Assembly (NCBI GenBank): GCA_002402965.1
Contig: DHGW01000049.1
Coordinates: 3,692 to 67,691 of the forward strand
Source of the DNA: Bacteroidales bacterium UBA4788
GTDB lineage: Bacteria > Bacteroidota > Bacteroidia > Bacteroidales > VadinHA17
DNA length: 64,000 nucleotides
Direction of reading: 5' to 3'
Shown: positions 25,144 to 33,921 of the stretch, one piece after another
Layout: every line of letters begins with the position of its first letter
Numbering within the stretch: the stretch's first letter is position 1
Position numbers and translations under genes: made by a program
Notes under the pieces: model-generated
Seen by the model: only the letters and a program-made list of their open reading frames with translations
What the model was told of the DNA's origin: nothing
Databases searched by the model: none

Positions 25144-27195
25144 ATGAAAAAGTACTTATTAATCGGAACGATTGCATTTATGGGAACAGCTCTATTTACC
25201 TCATGCGGGAGGGCCGGAGAGAAGGCCGCACCTGAGGCGGAATTCACCTGGGAGGTTGACAGGTTTGAAGATATCAGTGTGCTCAAATACCGTCTGCCGG
25301 GGTTCGAACAGCTTACGGCAGGAGAGAAGGAGTTCATCTATTACCTGTCGGAGGCGGCACTCTGCGGCCGCGATATCCTGTGGGACCAGAACTTCAAACA
25401 TAACCTGGTCATCCGCAAGACCATCGAAGCTATTATCGATACCTATGCCGGTGACCGCGAAAGCGATGAGTTCAAGGCATTCATAACATACGCCAAGAGG
25501 GTCTTTTTCGCTAACGGCATTCATCATCATTATTCGAATGACAAGTTCGTTCCGGGATTCCCGGCTGACTATTTCGCCATCCTGGTGAGCGGAACAGACG
25601 AATCGCGCCTGCCGCTGGGAGAGGGTCAGGATGCTGCTGTACTGGCATCAATGCTTACGCCTGTGATGTTTGATCCGTCGCTTTATGCGAGGAAGATTGA
25701 CCAGTCGGAGGGGATTGACATGATCACCGCATCGGCCAATAACTTCTATGAAGGGGTGAACCAGGTCGAGGTGGAGGCCTATTACGCTTCTGTTGCTGAT
25801 CCCGCTGACCCCAGGCCGGTATCCTGGGGGCTGAATACCAAGGTGGTGAAGACGGACGGAAAGATGACTGAGATACCCTGGAAGAGCGGCGGCATGTACG
25901 GACTGGCCATCGACAGGATCATTTACTGGCTGGAAAAGGCCCGAGGCGTTGCGCTGAGCGAAACACAAAAGAATGAACTGGACCTGCTGATTAAGTATTA
26001 CAGGACAGCAGACCTCAAAACCTGGGATGAATACAATGTGGTCTGGGCCGGAAACACAGGCCTGTCTGTTGATTATATAAATGGATTTATAGAGACTTAC
26101 GGTGACCCCCTGGGCATGAAGGCCACATGGGAGGCAGTTGTTGACTACAAGGACATGGAGGCCTCGAAGAGAACAGGTAAGATTACTGAGAATGCGCAGT
26201 GGTTTGAGGATCATTCACCGGTAGATCCGCAGTATCGCAAGGAGAAGGTAACCGGAGTAGCAGCAAGTGTCATCAATGTTGCGATGCTGGGAGGCGACTG
26301 CTACCCTGCTTCACCCCTTGGCATCAACCTGCCCAACTCCAACTGGATCAGGACTGAAGCAGGCTCCAAGTCGGTCACCCTGGCAAACATAACGGATGCC
26401 AAGGATAATGTGGCAAGAGGCAGCGGATTCCTTGAGGAGTTCGCCTTTGACCAGGCAGAGATTGACAGGGCGGTGCAATGGGGATCACTCTCTGATGCAC
26501 TGCACACTGATATGCATGAGTGCATCGGTCATGCCAGCGGCAAGCTTGCCCCGGGAACCGATCCCAACGCGTTGAAGAACTATGCGTCACCCCTTGAAGA
26601 GATGAGAGCCGACCTTTTTGCCCTCTACTTCATGATGGACCCGAAGATGACCGAGATAGGACTTATGCAGTCAGACGAGCCGGCAAAGGCACAGTACGAC
26701 AACTATATACGTAATGGTTTCCTGACACAGGTAGTAAGGATACAGCCAGGCAAAGATATCGAACAGGCTCACATGAGATGCCGCTCGGCCATCGTTCACT
26801 GGGTGTACGAAAAGGGAAAGGCTGACAATGTCATCGAGGTGATAAGGCGCGACGACAAAACTTATGTCAGGATCAATGACTACCAGAAGTTGCGCACCCT
26901 GTTCGGGGAGATGCTGAAGGAGGTTCAGAGGATTAAGTCAGAGGGCGACTTTGAAGCCGGCAAGGGCATGATTGAGAACTATGGCGTTAAGATTGACCAG
27001 GATCTTCATACAGAGATGCTGGAACGGTATGCAAAACTGAATCTTGCTCCTTACAGCGGGTTCGTAAACCCGGTGATGACTCCCGTAAAGGACAGCAACG
27101 GCAGGATCACCGATGTGAAGATTGAATACTGCTCTGACTTCCTTGGCCAGATGATGGAATATGGCAGGAAATATGCCTTCCTGCCGGCATTGTGA
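25144..27195 (+). CDS. Dipeptidyl-peptidase III (M49 zinc metallopeptidase), lipoprotein
   Basis: It has a lipobox (LFTSCG), the HECIGH zinc motif and a second motif, EEMRADL, as in M49 DPP III. I chose the ATG at 25144. Confidence 0.8.
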   Translation: MKKYLLIGTIAFMGTALFTSCGRAGEKAAPEAEFTWEVDRFEDISVLKYRLPGFEQLTAGEKEFIYYLSEAALCGRDILWDQNFKHNLVIRKTIEAIIDTYAGDRESDEFKAFITYAKRVFFANGIHHHYSNDKFVPGFPADYFAILVSGTDESRLPLGEGQDAAVLASMLTPVMFDPSLYARKIDQSEGIDMITASANNFYEGVNQVEVEAYYASVADPADPRPVSWGLNTKVVKTDGKMTEIPWKSGGMYGLAIDRIIYWLEKARGVALSETQKNELDLLIKYYRTADLKTWDEYNVVWAGNTGLSVDYINGFIETYGDPLGMKATWEAVVDYKDMEASKRTGKITENAQWFEDHSPVDPQYRKEKVTGVAASVINVAMLGGDCYPASPLGINLPNSNWIRTEAGSKSVTLANITDAKDNVARGSGFLEEFAFDQAEIDRAVQWGSLSDALHTDMHECIGHASGKLAPGTDPNALKNYASPLEEMRADLFALYFMMDPKMTEIGLMQSDEPAKAQYDNYIRNGFLTQVVRIQPGKDIEQAHMRCRSAIVHWVYEKGKADNVIEVIRRDDKTYVRINDYQKLRTLFGEMLKEVQRIKSEGDFEAGKGMIENYGVKIDQDLHTEMLERYAKLNLAPYSGFVNPVMTPVKDSNGRITDVKIEYCSDFLGQMMEYGRKYAFLPAL

Positions 27196-27217
27196 GCTTA
27201 TTTATGAACGCTGAAGC

Positions 27218-28417
27218 CTATTCATAATATTTCTTGTTCATCCGTTCAGTCTTCTTATTTTCCGAGAGTACGAGGTAAACGAGGTATACTGCTGTTATCA
27301 CCAGTAATGCCGGTATGCTGTACCGGATGATGGTTGCTATGCTCACTCCGTCACCAGAAGCAGCAGGCGGATTGATAGAGTGACCGACATCAACACCGAA
27401 GAGGTTTTTGACAAAGAAAAGCATGAGGAATGCCAGCACACCGGCTGCAACCGGGGTGGTTATCCATCCTGAAGCGATGCCTCCAAGCACCTTGATGTTT
27501 ATGTTTCTGACCCCTTTATAGAGGCCGATGCCCAGCACGGAGCCCACTACCACCTGGGTGCTGGAGACGGGAACGAGGGGTATCGGCGGCAACCCTAACC
27601 TCACCATGAGACCAGAGAGTGAGGAGGATGAAAAAATGAACAGCACCAGCGCCTGGGACAAAACTACCACGAAAGCAGCCTCGGACGAGAGCTCCAGCAG
27701 GTTGTTGCCGACGGTCTGCATTACCTTTTTCGAGTAGGTGATAATTCCGGCAGCGATTGCTATGGCTCCCAGGAAGAAAAGCTGCTGGGCACCTGTAAGA
27801 CTGAATATGCCAAAATCAGTTGCTTCCAGCGGGATACTTGGAACGAATACCCCCATTACGTTTGCTATGTTGTTAGCTCCCAGACTGTAGGCTCCGAATG
27901 CCCCGGCGATCATCAATCCTTTCCTGAGCCATGACTCATATTTTATGAGGTGTACAGTTATTCTCCGTCTCGTGATCCTGACAAGGTGATAGAGGCCGTA
28001 GGCGAACAGTGCCCCGAGTACCGGACCTGTGATCCATGTGGTCACGATCTGGGTAAGTGCACGTGTGTCAACTGCATTGTTGGTAAAGAAGTTCCATCCG
28101 ATTATGGCACCCACTATTGCCTGTGTGGTGGAGACCGGCAGTCCGGCTCTGGTCATGAAATAGACCGTCAGCCCGGCGGCCAGTGCAACGGTGAATGCTC
28201 CCCCCATGGCGTTCACTGATCCGAGGCGGTCCAGCGTATCAGCGGCGCCTGATCCCTGCAGCACTGCTCCCAGTATTACAAAGGCGGATGCTATCACACC
28301 GGCCCTGGTGAATGAGACCATACGGGAGCCTACAGCCGAGCCGAACACGTTGGCTGCATCATTTGCGCCGAGTGTCCACCCCAGGAAGAGGCCGCTGGTG
28401 AGGAACAGGAAGATCAT
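27218..28417 (-). CDS. Inorganic phosphate transporter, PiT family
   Basis: Polytopic, with two PHO4 signature repeats (GANDAANVFG and GANNIANVMG). Confidence 0.85.
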   Translation of the reverse strand: MIFLFLTSGLFLGWTLGANDAANVFGSAVGSRMVSFTRAGVIASAFVILGAVLQGSGAADTLDRLGSVNAMGGAFTVALAAGLTVYFMTRAGLPVSTTQAIVGAIIGWNFFTNNAVDTRALTQIVTTWITGPVLGALFAYGLYHLVRITRRRITVHLIKYESWLRKGLMIAGAFGAYSLGANNIANVMGVFVPSIPLEATDFGIFSLTGAQQLFFLGAIAIAAGIITYSKKVMQTVGNNLLELSSEAAFVVVLSQALVLFIFSSSSLSGLMVRLGLPPIPLVPVSSTQVVVGSVLGIGLYKGVRNINIKVLGGIASGWITTPVAAGVLAFLMLFFVKNLFGVDVGHSINPPAASGDGVSIATIIRYSIPALLVITAVYLVYLVLSENKKTERMNKKYYE

Positions 28418-28419
28418 GA

Positions 28420-29070
28420 TCAGAGCATTTGCCTTATGGCCATCGATGCCAGGAGATCTGCCGCAGCCTGTGCGGAGTCTGAGATATTCTCAATGTGATG
28501 GGTGACGTATCTTATGTGAGCCTTCTCAGCCAGTGAGAGGTCATGCATTTCATGAAAGACTTTCTTCTTCATCTGGAAGGCAGCCTTATCGGTCTCCCTC
28601 TCGAAGAAGTAGACTCTGATTAATTTCTCACGGACCAGGTGCGGCTCGCGGAAAAAGGCTCTTGCAGCAGGCATCAGTTCCTCTGCGGCATTGCCGGAGA
28701 CCTCGGCCAGTGAGATGAAGTCGTGTGAAAGTGAAGCAGGCACGTAGGGCATCTCAACATAAAACTCGTTAAGTGATTTTTTGGCTGTGTCAATTATCTC
28801 GTCAAGCTGCCAGAGAAGCTTCACGATTTCACTCCGTTGCTGGGGCAGGATGGAGTGCACAATCATGTCATTCTCAATGCTTCGCTGAAGCTTATCAGCC
28901 TTACCTTCAAGGTCATCAATCTTGGAAATGTGATTCTGGAATGCATTGTTGTCACCGTTGACGTATGCCTTGATGCCCTCCTTGAAGATCAGTATCCCGA
29001 TCTCAATGGTATCAAAGAATTCATCAATTCTTACAGTGAGTTCCCTGGTTGTGCGGGTGAATAGCGACAT
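28420..29070 (-). CDS. DUF47-family (PhoU-like) protein, the usual partner of PiT transporters
   Basis: It is a helical protein of about 217 aa directly upstream of the PiT gene, with a 2-nt gap. I chose the ATG at 29070 because the longer track ORF (to 29283) would overlap the upstream exonuclease gene. Confidence 0.7.
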   Translation of the reverse strand: MSLFTRTTRELTVRIDEFFDTIEIGILIFKEGIKAYVNGDNNAFQNHISKIDDLEGKADKLQRSIENDMIVHSILPQQRSEIVKLLWQLDEIIDTAKKSLNEFYVEMPYVPASLSHDFISLAEVSGNAAEELMPAARAFFREPHLVREKLIRVYFFERETDKAAFQMKKKVFHEMHDLSLAEKAHIRYVTHHIENISDSAQAAADLLASMAIRQML

Positions 29071-29128
29071 CTGAGGGTCAGTGTTGGTTAGGGCAAATAT
29101 ATTAAGAAAAGAGCAGTGGCATGGCGTA

Positions 29129-30493
29129 TCAGAAATCAATAATTTTTTCCACCCTGTGATTCCTGAGGTAGCTCTTGATGATGACCTGAATGTCGCGATT
29201 ATCTGCTGCCGGTTTAATACATTCATGCACCGCCAGAAGCCCGAATCCCACATCGTTGATGCTAAAAAAGCCAAAGCCGGCATACTTGCCGTTGACGATT
29301 TTGACTGCTGACCGTTCCTCCACGTCGCGTCCGTGGTCTATGATAAAAAAGTTCCTTTCCCTGAAGATAAATTCATCGAGGGCCATTAGAGCTCGCTCAT
29401 TGTATGATTTCGGATCTTCCGTACCAGTGCATGCACCCCTGCAGAGGCCTACCTGGTGATGAAAACAGGCTCCTCCGGTCTCATACAGGCCGCAAAGTTT
29501 CTGGCAGAGGTTGTATGCGGTTATGATCTGCTCGAGCTTTCCCCGTGCCCTGTCGCGGGAGGTAAAAAGGGCAAGTGGCACCTCATCGTCGCTTACATTC
29601 CTGTAAGAAAACCTGATGTAGCCTTCTTTATCGGTATCGCTCCATATGCCCCAGCGGAATCCCGTTCGCCGCTGCGCCCTGTTGAAGCGCGGTTTTTTGC
29701 TTTTTATTTCGGCTGACTCCATCAGCAGGGCGATCAGCTCGCTGCCGGTCCTTTCCCAGGAAATGCCGGCTGTCATAGAGCGCATCTCCATCTCCCGGAC
29801 GGAAGTGTTGTTGGAGAGATGGGTGTTAATTCTCTGGCTCAGGTTTCGGCTTTTCCCCACGTAGAGAATGTCACCCTTTTCGTCGTGAAAGAAGTAGATG
29901 CCAGGCTCTTCCGGAATATCCTTCAGGCTTTCCGGATTGAGGTCGGGATGAAGCTTTGCCGCCTTCCTGTTCCTGATCAGGCTGCCCGACCTTAGCGAGT
30001 TGTCCTTTTCAATCAGCAGTTCCAGAAGCCTGACCGTGGCAAGAGCATCACCAGAGGCCCTGTGCCTTCCGTTGATCGTGATCCCGAGGTCCTTGCACAG
30101 GTTGCCCAGACCATACGACTTATGTCCAGGGAGGAGCTTTCTGCTCAGGGCTACGGTATCAAGCATCGGCCGTTTGAAATTATAGCCAAGCATGCTGAAC
30201 TCCTGCCTGATGAATGAGTAGTCAAACCTGGCATTGTGTGCCACAAAGACATGTTCCTCAGTGATCTCCACGATCCTGCGGGCCACCTCATAGAATTTCG
30301 GGGCATCCTCCACCATCTCGTTGGTGATGCCGGTCAGGGAGGTTATGAAGTATGGTATATTGCGTTCAGGATTGATGAGTGTTGAGTATTCCTCAACGAT
30401 GCGCTCACCGTCATGGATGTATACGGCAATCTCTGTTATCCTCTCAAGCCTGGCGCTTCCCCCTGTTGTCTCTATGTCGATGACAGCATACAT
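29129..30493 (-). CDS. DnaQ-like 3'-5' exonuclease (DEDDh) fused to a GIY-YIG nuclease domain
   Basis: The Exo motifs are VIDIETTG, HNARFDYSF and HRASGDA. These are followed by GIYFFHDEKGDILYVGKSRNLSQR (GIY-YIG) and a Cys-rich stretch, CFHHQVGLCRGAC. Confidence 0.8.
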   Translation of the reverse strand: MYAVIDIETTGGSARLERITEIAVYIHDGERIVEEYSTLINPERNIPYFITSLTGITNEMVEDAPKFYEVARRIVEITEEHVFVAHNARFDYSFIRQEFSMLGYNFKRPMLDTVALSRKLLPGHKSYGLGNLCKDLGITINGRHRASGDALATVRLLELLIEKDNSLRSGSLIRNRKAAKLHPDLNPESLKDIPEEPGIYFFHDEKGDILYVGKSRNLSQRINTHLSNNTSVREMEMRSMTAGISWERTGSELIALLMESAEIKSKKPRFNRAQRRTGFRWGIWSDTDKEGYIRFSYRNVSDDEVPLALFTSRDRARGKLEQIITAYNLCQKLCGLYETGGACFHHQVGLCRGACTGTEDPKSYNERALMALDEFIFRERNFFIIDHGRDVEERSAVKIVNGKYAGFGFFSINDVGFGLLAVHECIKPAADNRDIQVIIKSYLRNHRVEKIIDF

Positions 30494-30569
30494 CCCTTCA
30501 GGAAAGCACTAAGATAACTACTTTTCAGGATGCTCCGGATTATTTATAATTTTGAGAAAAATATGTGCT

Positions 30570-31397
30570 ATGGAGTGCTCTGGCCGCTTCTTCTTTCTTG
30601 ACGGGGACATTATGCCGGCAGGCAGCAATGACGAGATCGCTTCCGGTGATGCAGCCTTCTATGAGGTTATCAGAACCCGCAACGGCGTGCCGATTTTTTT
30701 TAATGATCACATGAACCGTCTCAGAGAGGGCATCTCCACCAGGTATGACCTTCAGTCAGATATTGCTGCTGATGTCAGGCGAGGGCTGAACACACTGATC
30801 AGTCATGATCTCCATGAGGAGATAAATGTGAGGGTGACCGTGACCTTTACCGGGCAGGATCAATCTCTTTGCATATGCTATATCCCATCTTCATATCCCT
30901 CTGAAGCGATGATCAGGGATGGAGTGCCGCTCATTTTGTATCATGCCGAGCGTCTTGACCCGGGGGTAAAGATGCTGAACAACAGGCTGCGCCTCTCGGT
31001 AAATGAAGAGCTGGCGAGAAGGAAGGTTTATGAAGCCCTCCTGGTTAACCGCGAAGGACAGATCACAGAGGGGAGCCGGTCAAATATTTTCTTCGTCACA
31101 AACGATGGGATCATACATACTGCTCCTGACAGCATGGTCCTTTCAGGCATCACCCGCAGGTATGTGACGGATATCATCAGGAGGGAAGGGATTCAACTGG
31201 TCTATGAAGCGGTGAGGGAGAAAGAGGCTGGCAGATTCAGGTCAGCCTTCATCACCGGAACCTCGCCAATGGTGCTGGCGGTACGGTCGGTAGAGGATCA
31301 GGCGTTTATTGTGTCAGATCCACTCATCGGGAGGCTTCGCGAGGTTTATTCCACAATGGTGGAGAGGAGCATCAATGACTATCTGAAAGAATACTAA
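30570..31397 (+). CDS. Class IV aminotransferase-fold protein (branched-chain aminotransferase / aminodeoxychorismate lyase-like)
   Basis: It shows the fold-type IV pattern (FFLDGDI..., ...EGSRSNIFFV..., ...GITR...). The start is uncertain between the TTG at 30552 and the ATG at 30570. Confidence 0.65.
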   Translation: MECSGRFFFLDGDIMPAGSNDEIASGDAAFYEVIRTRNGVPIFFNDHMNRLREGISTRYDLQSDIAADVRRGLNTLISHDLHEEINVRVTVTFTGQDQSLCICYIPSSYPSEAMIRDGVPLILYHAERLDPGVKMLNNRLRLSVNEELARRKVYEALLVNREGQITEGSRSNIFFVTNDGIIHTAPDSMVLSGITRRYVTDIIRREGIQLVYEAVREKEAGRFRSAFITGTSPMVLAVRSVEDQAFIVSDPLIGRLREVYSTMVERSINDYLKEY

Positions 31398-31409
31398 GGA
31401 GAAAATCTG

Positions 31410-31417
31410 TATATTTG
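31410..31417 (+). promoter_or_regulatory. Candidate -7 promoter box TATATTTG
   Basis: This is an exact TAnnTTTG match ending 17 nt upstream of the ATG at 31435. Confidence 0.3.
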
Positions 31418-31434
31418 TATCAAAATCAACACCA

Positions 31435-31722
31435 ATGGCCAGTATAAAAAGTCTCAAAAAGGATATCGACTACCTCTTCTTCGAATTGATTTCCGACTGT
31501 TTCATGTTCACCAGCCTTCATGACGGACCGAAGAAAACGGAGGTTCAGAATCTCATAGAGGAAGCGGTGGCTTCCCGCAATGAAATGATTGACAGGGCAA
31601 ATCACCCGGACGGAAAGGAGAATCCTGCAATTGTAAAAGCTTACTTCGCTTCCCTGCGAAAGGAGTTGCTTGAGAAGGTGGACGGCTATTTCGAGAGGCT
31701 GAGTACCATTTCGAAACAATAG
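31435..31722 (+). CDS. Hypothetical small helical protein
   Basis: The 95-aa ORF has coding-like composition and its own candidate -7 box. I recognised no domain. Confidence 0.4.
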   Translation: MASIKSLKKDIDYLFFELISDCFMFTSLHDGPKKTEVQNLIEEAVASRNEMIDRANHPDGKENPAIVKAYFASLRKELLEKVDGYFERLSTISKQ

Positions 31723-31742
31723 TCGGCAGTCGGCTGGCGTGT

Positions 31743-31975
31743 GGGGTAAAGCATAGATATACAATGCTTTATGGTCTACGACCAAAGTACCGGGGGTATG
31801 CTTTCTATACAATTCTTTATCCCCTACGGGGAATCATGTTGCGTATCACATCAGGCATTGTATCGACAAATAAATCCACAGGAGTTGCGCGTAGCGCATC
31901 AGGCAATTCATGTGACAGACAAGCTACGGTTGTTGCGCGTATCGCATTCAGCATTGTAGACGAGTGGTCAGGAGA
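31743..31975. repeat. Degenerate tandem repeat array, five units of about 46-49 nt
   Basis: Units start near 31743, 31792, 31838, 31884 and 31932. Units 1-2 share GGGG.TA..GC.T..TATACAAT.CTTTAT....CTACG. Units 3-5 share GTTGCG(C)GTA.C.CAT.CAGGCA.TT. Units 2 and 4 share CAATTC...CTACGG. Confidence 0.6.
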
Positions 31976-32960
31976 TTATTTTTTCACCGCATTTCTGGCA
32001 CTTGCCTTCATCAGTGAGCCCGGTTATACGTGTGGAATATCCTGATCTGCGGATCACCACCGACTGGCAGGAGGGGCACCGCGTGTCGCTGCCGCCATCC
32101 GTACCCGGCATATTTCCCGTATAGACGTAATCCAGGTACTCCTCAGCTATCTCCTTGAGTCTTAATATTGTCTCAGGCGGGGTCGCGGGATCGCTTCTGC
32201 GGTACATCGGAAAATACCGGCTCAGATGGAGGGGTACCCCTTTCCCGGCATTCACTGCTATCCATTCCGCCGCCTGCCTGATCTCATCAGGCGAATCATT
32301 CAGCCCGGGCAGTATCAGGGTGGTTATCTCCAGGTGCCGGCCCGAGGCAGAGATCATCTTGATCGCCTCCAGCACGGGCTTCAAAGTGGCACCGGTATAC
32401 CTCCTGTAGAATTCGTTGCTGAACGACTTCAGGTCAATGTTAAAAGCATCAATGAGTTCCGTCAGCTCCTTAAGCGGCTCGCTCCTGATATACCCGTTCG
32501 ACACCATCACATTCTTCAGCCCTTCAAGGGCCGCAAGCCTCGCACATTCAGCAATGTACTCATACCATATCACCGGCTCATTGTAGGTATATGCAATGCC
32601 TATATTTCCGCGCAGTTCCGATGCCTGGCGGACAAGTTCCTCAGGTTCAAGCCTGCGAGCCTCCCCTGAAGGGACATTCTGGGAGATGTGGTAGTTCTGA
32701 CAGAAGTCGCATTTGAGGTTACAGCCGTATGATCCCACCGAGAGGATTACCGATCCGGGGAAGAAATGATAAAGGGGTTTCTTTTCTATTGGATCGAGAG
32801 CATAGCCCGAGATGACACCTGAGGTCATGAGCTTTATTTCTCCTTCACAGTTCTCCCTTACGCCACAGATCCCCCTTCCTCCGGGAGTAATGAGACAAAG
32901 ATGGGGGCAGAGCAGGCATCTTATGTTCCCCTCGTTGTCATGTTTCTCCCATAGTCTCAT
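31968..32960 (-). CDS. amrS: AmmeMemoRadiSam-system radical SAM enzyme
   Basis: It has the N-terminal Cys-rich stretch (CLLCPHLCLI...GICGVR), the motif DPIEKKPLYHF, and the radical SAM motif CNLKCDFCQN. Confidence 0.75.
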   Translation of the reverse strand: MRLWEKHDNEGNIRCLLCPHLCLITPGGRGICGVRENCEGEIKLMTSGVISGYALDPIEKKPLYHFFPGSVILSVGSYGCNLKCDFCQNYHISQNVPSGEARRLEPEELVRQASELRGNIGIAYTYNEPVIWYEYIAECARLAALEGLKNVMVSNGYIRSEPLKELTELIDAFNIDLKSFSNEFYRRYTGATLKPVLEAIKMISASGRHLEITTLILPGLNDSPDEIRQAAEWIAVNAGKGVPLHLSRYFPMYRRSDPATPPETILRLKEIAEEYLDYVYTGNMPGTDGGSDTRCPSCQSVVIRRSGYSTRITGLTDEGKCQKCGEKIIS

Positions 32961-32971
32961 TGCTTTCTTCT

Positions 32972-33001
32972 TTTGATCTTATAAATTTAGTGTTAATTTT
33001 G
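32972..33001 (+). promoter_or_regulatory. Candidate Bacteroidota promoter (TTTG-N18-TAATTTTG)
   Basis: A -33-like TTTG at 32972-32975 and a -7 box TAATTTTG at 32994-33001 lie 65 nt upstream of the ATG at 33067. Confidence 0.4.
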
Positions 33002-33066
33002 TTTGCCTCCAGGTTCTGGATCAGCCGGGGATTGTTTTATAAACCGTTCAACCTAAACCTAACACC

Positions 33067-33918
33067 ATGAGTAACAGAAGAGACTTTCTCAAGAAATCAG
33101 TGTTTGTTGCGGCTGCCATTCCGCTTATTAACAGCGAGATGATCGCAGCTCCCAGACCCTCCGGGAGGACCGGGCTTGCACTTTACACCATCCGTGACGC
33201 CATGGGAAAGGATGCTTCAGGAGCACTGGCTTCGGCGGCGGAGATCGGATATGACTGGGTGGAAGCCGCAGCTCACTCTGACGGAAAGTTTTACGGGATG
33301 AAGCCTAAGGAGTTCGGGAAGCTGGTAAAGAAGAGCGGGATGGAGCCCCTGAGCTCGCACAGCGCTGTCAGAACGGAGAATTATGAACAGATGATTGATG
33401 ATGCGGCGGAGGCCGGAATGAGGTATATTATACTGCCATCACTGCCCGGTGAATGGACCGGCACCATAGACGGTTACCAGCGTGCGGCCGACTTCTTCAA
33501 CAAGGCTGGTGAACGCTGTAAAAAGGCAGGGATCAGGTTCGGGTTTCACAATCATCAGGTTGAGTTCATGGAGATTAACGGGCGTGTGCCTTATGATGTC
33601 CTGCTCGAGCTGACTGATCCGAAACTTGTGATCTTCGAACTTGACCTGGCATGGATAACCGCTGCCGGCAAGGACCCCGTGGCCTATTTCAGGAACTATC
33701 CCGGCAGGTTCGAGGTGTGGCATCTGAAGGATCTTACTCCTGAGAAGCAGGATGCCACCCTGGGCGAAGGCATCATCGATTTCAGGCCTATCCTTGCCGA
33801 AGCCCGCACGGCAGGAATGAAATACTGGTTCCTTGAGCAGGATGAATGCCGGACCCACACCCCGATGGAGAGCATAAAAATCAGCCGTGAATATTATCTG
33901 AAAAAGTTGCTGAAATAA
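33067..33918 (+). CDS. TAT-exported sugar phosphate isomerase/epimerase (xylose isomerase-like TIM barrel)
   Basis: It has a twin-arginine signal (SNRRDFLKKSVFVAAA) and a length and pattern typical of AP endonuclease 2 / xylose isomerase-like barrels. Confidence 0.75.
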   Translation: MSNRRDFLKKSVFVAAAIPLINSEMIAAPRPSGRTGLALYTIRDAMGKDASGALASAAEIGYDWVEAAAHSDGKFYGMKPKEFGKLVKKSGMEPLSSHSAVRTENYEQMIDDAAEAGMRYIILPSLPGEWTGTIDGYQRAADFFNKAGERCKKAGIRFGFHNHQVEFMEINGRVPYDVLLELTDPKLVIFELDLAWITAAGKDPVAYFRNYPGRFEVWHLKDLTPEKQDATLGEGIIDFRPILAEARTAGMKYWFLEQDECRTHTPMESIKISREYYLKKLLK

Positions 33919-33921
33919 TCT

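Noticed and set aside
31743-31975. The tandem repeat region as a CRISPR array
   Set aside because: There are only about five units. The units themselves are degenerate rather than conserved repeats alternating with unique spacers. The period of about 47 nt is not split into repeat plus spacer, and there are no cas genes in the window.
31764-32045. The track ORFs of 93 aa (31764-32045) and 62 aa (31771-31959) as small proteins
   Set aside because: They lie entirely within the tandem-repeat/hairpin region and run into the 3' end of the opposite-strand radical SAM gene. Their sequences are generated by the repeat and have no coding-like features.
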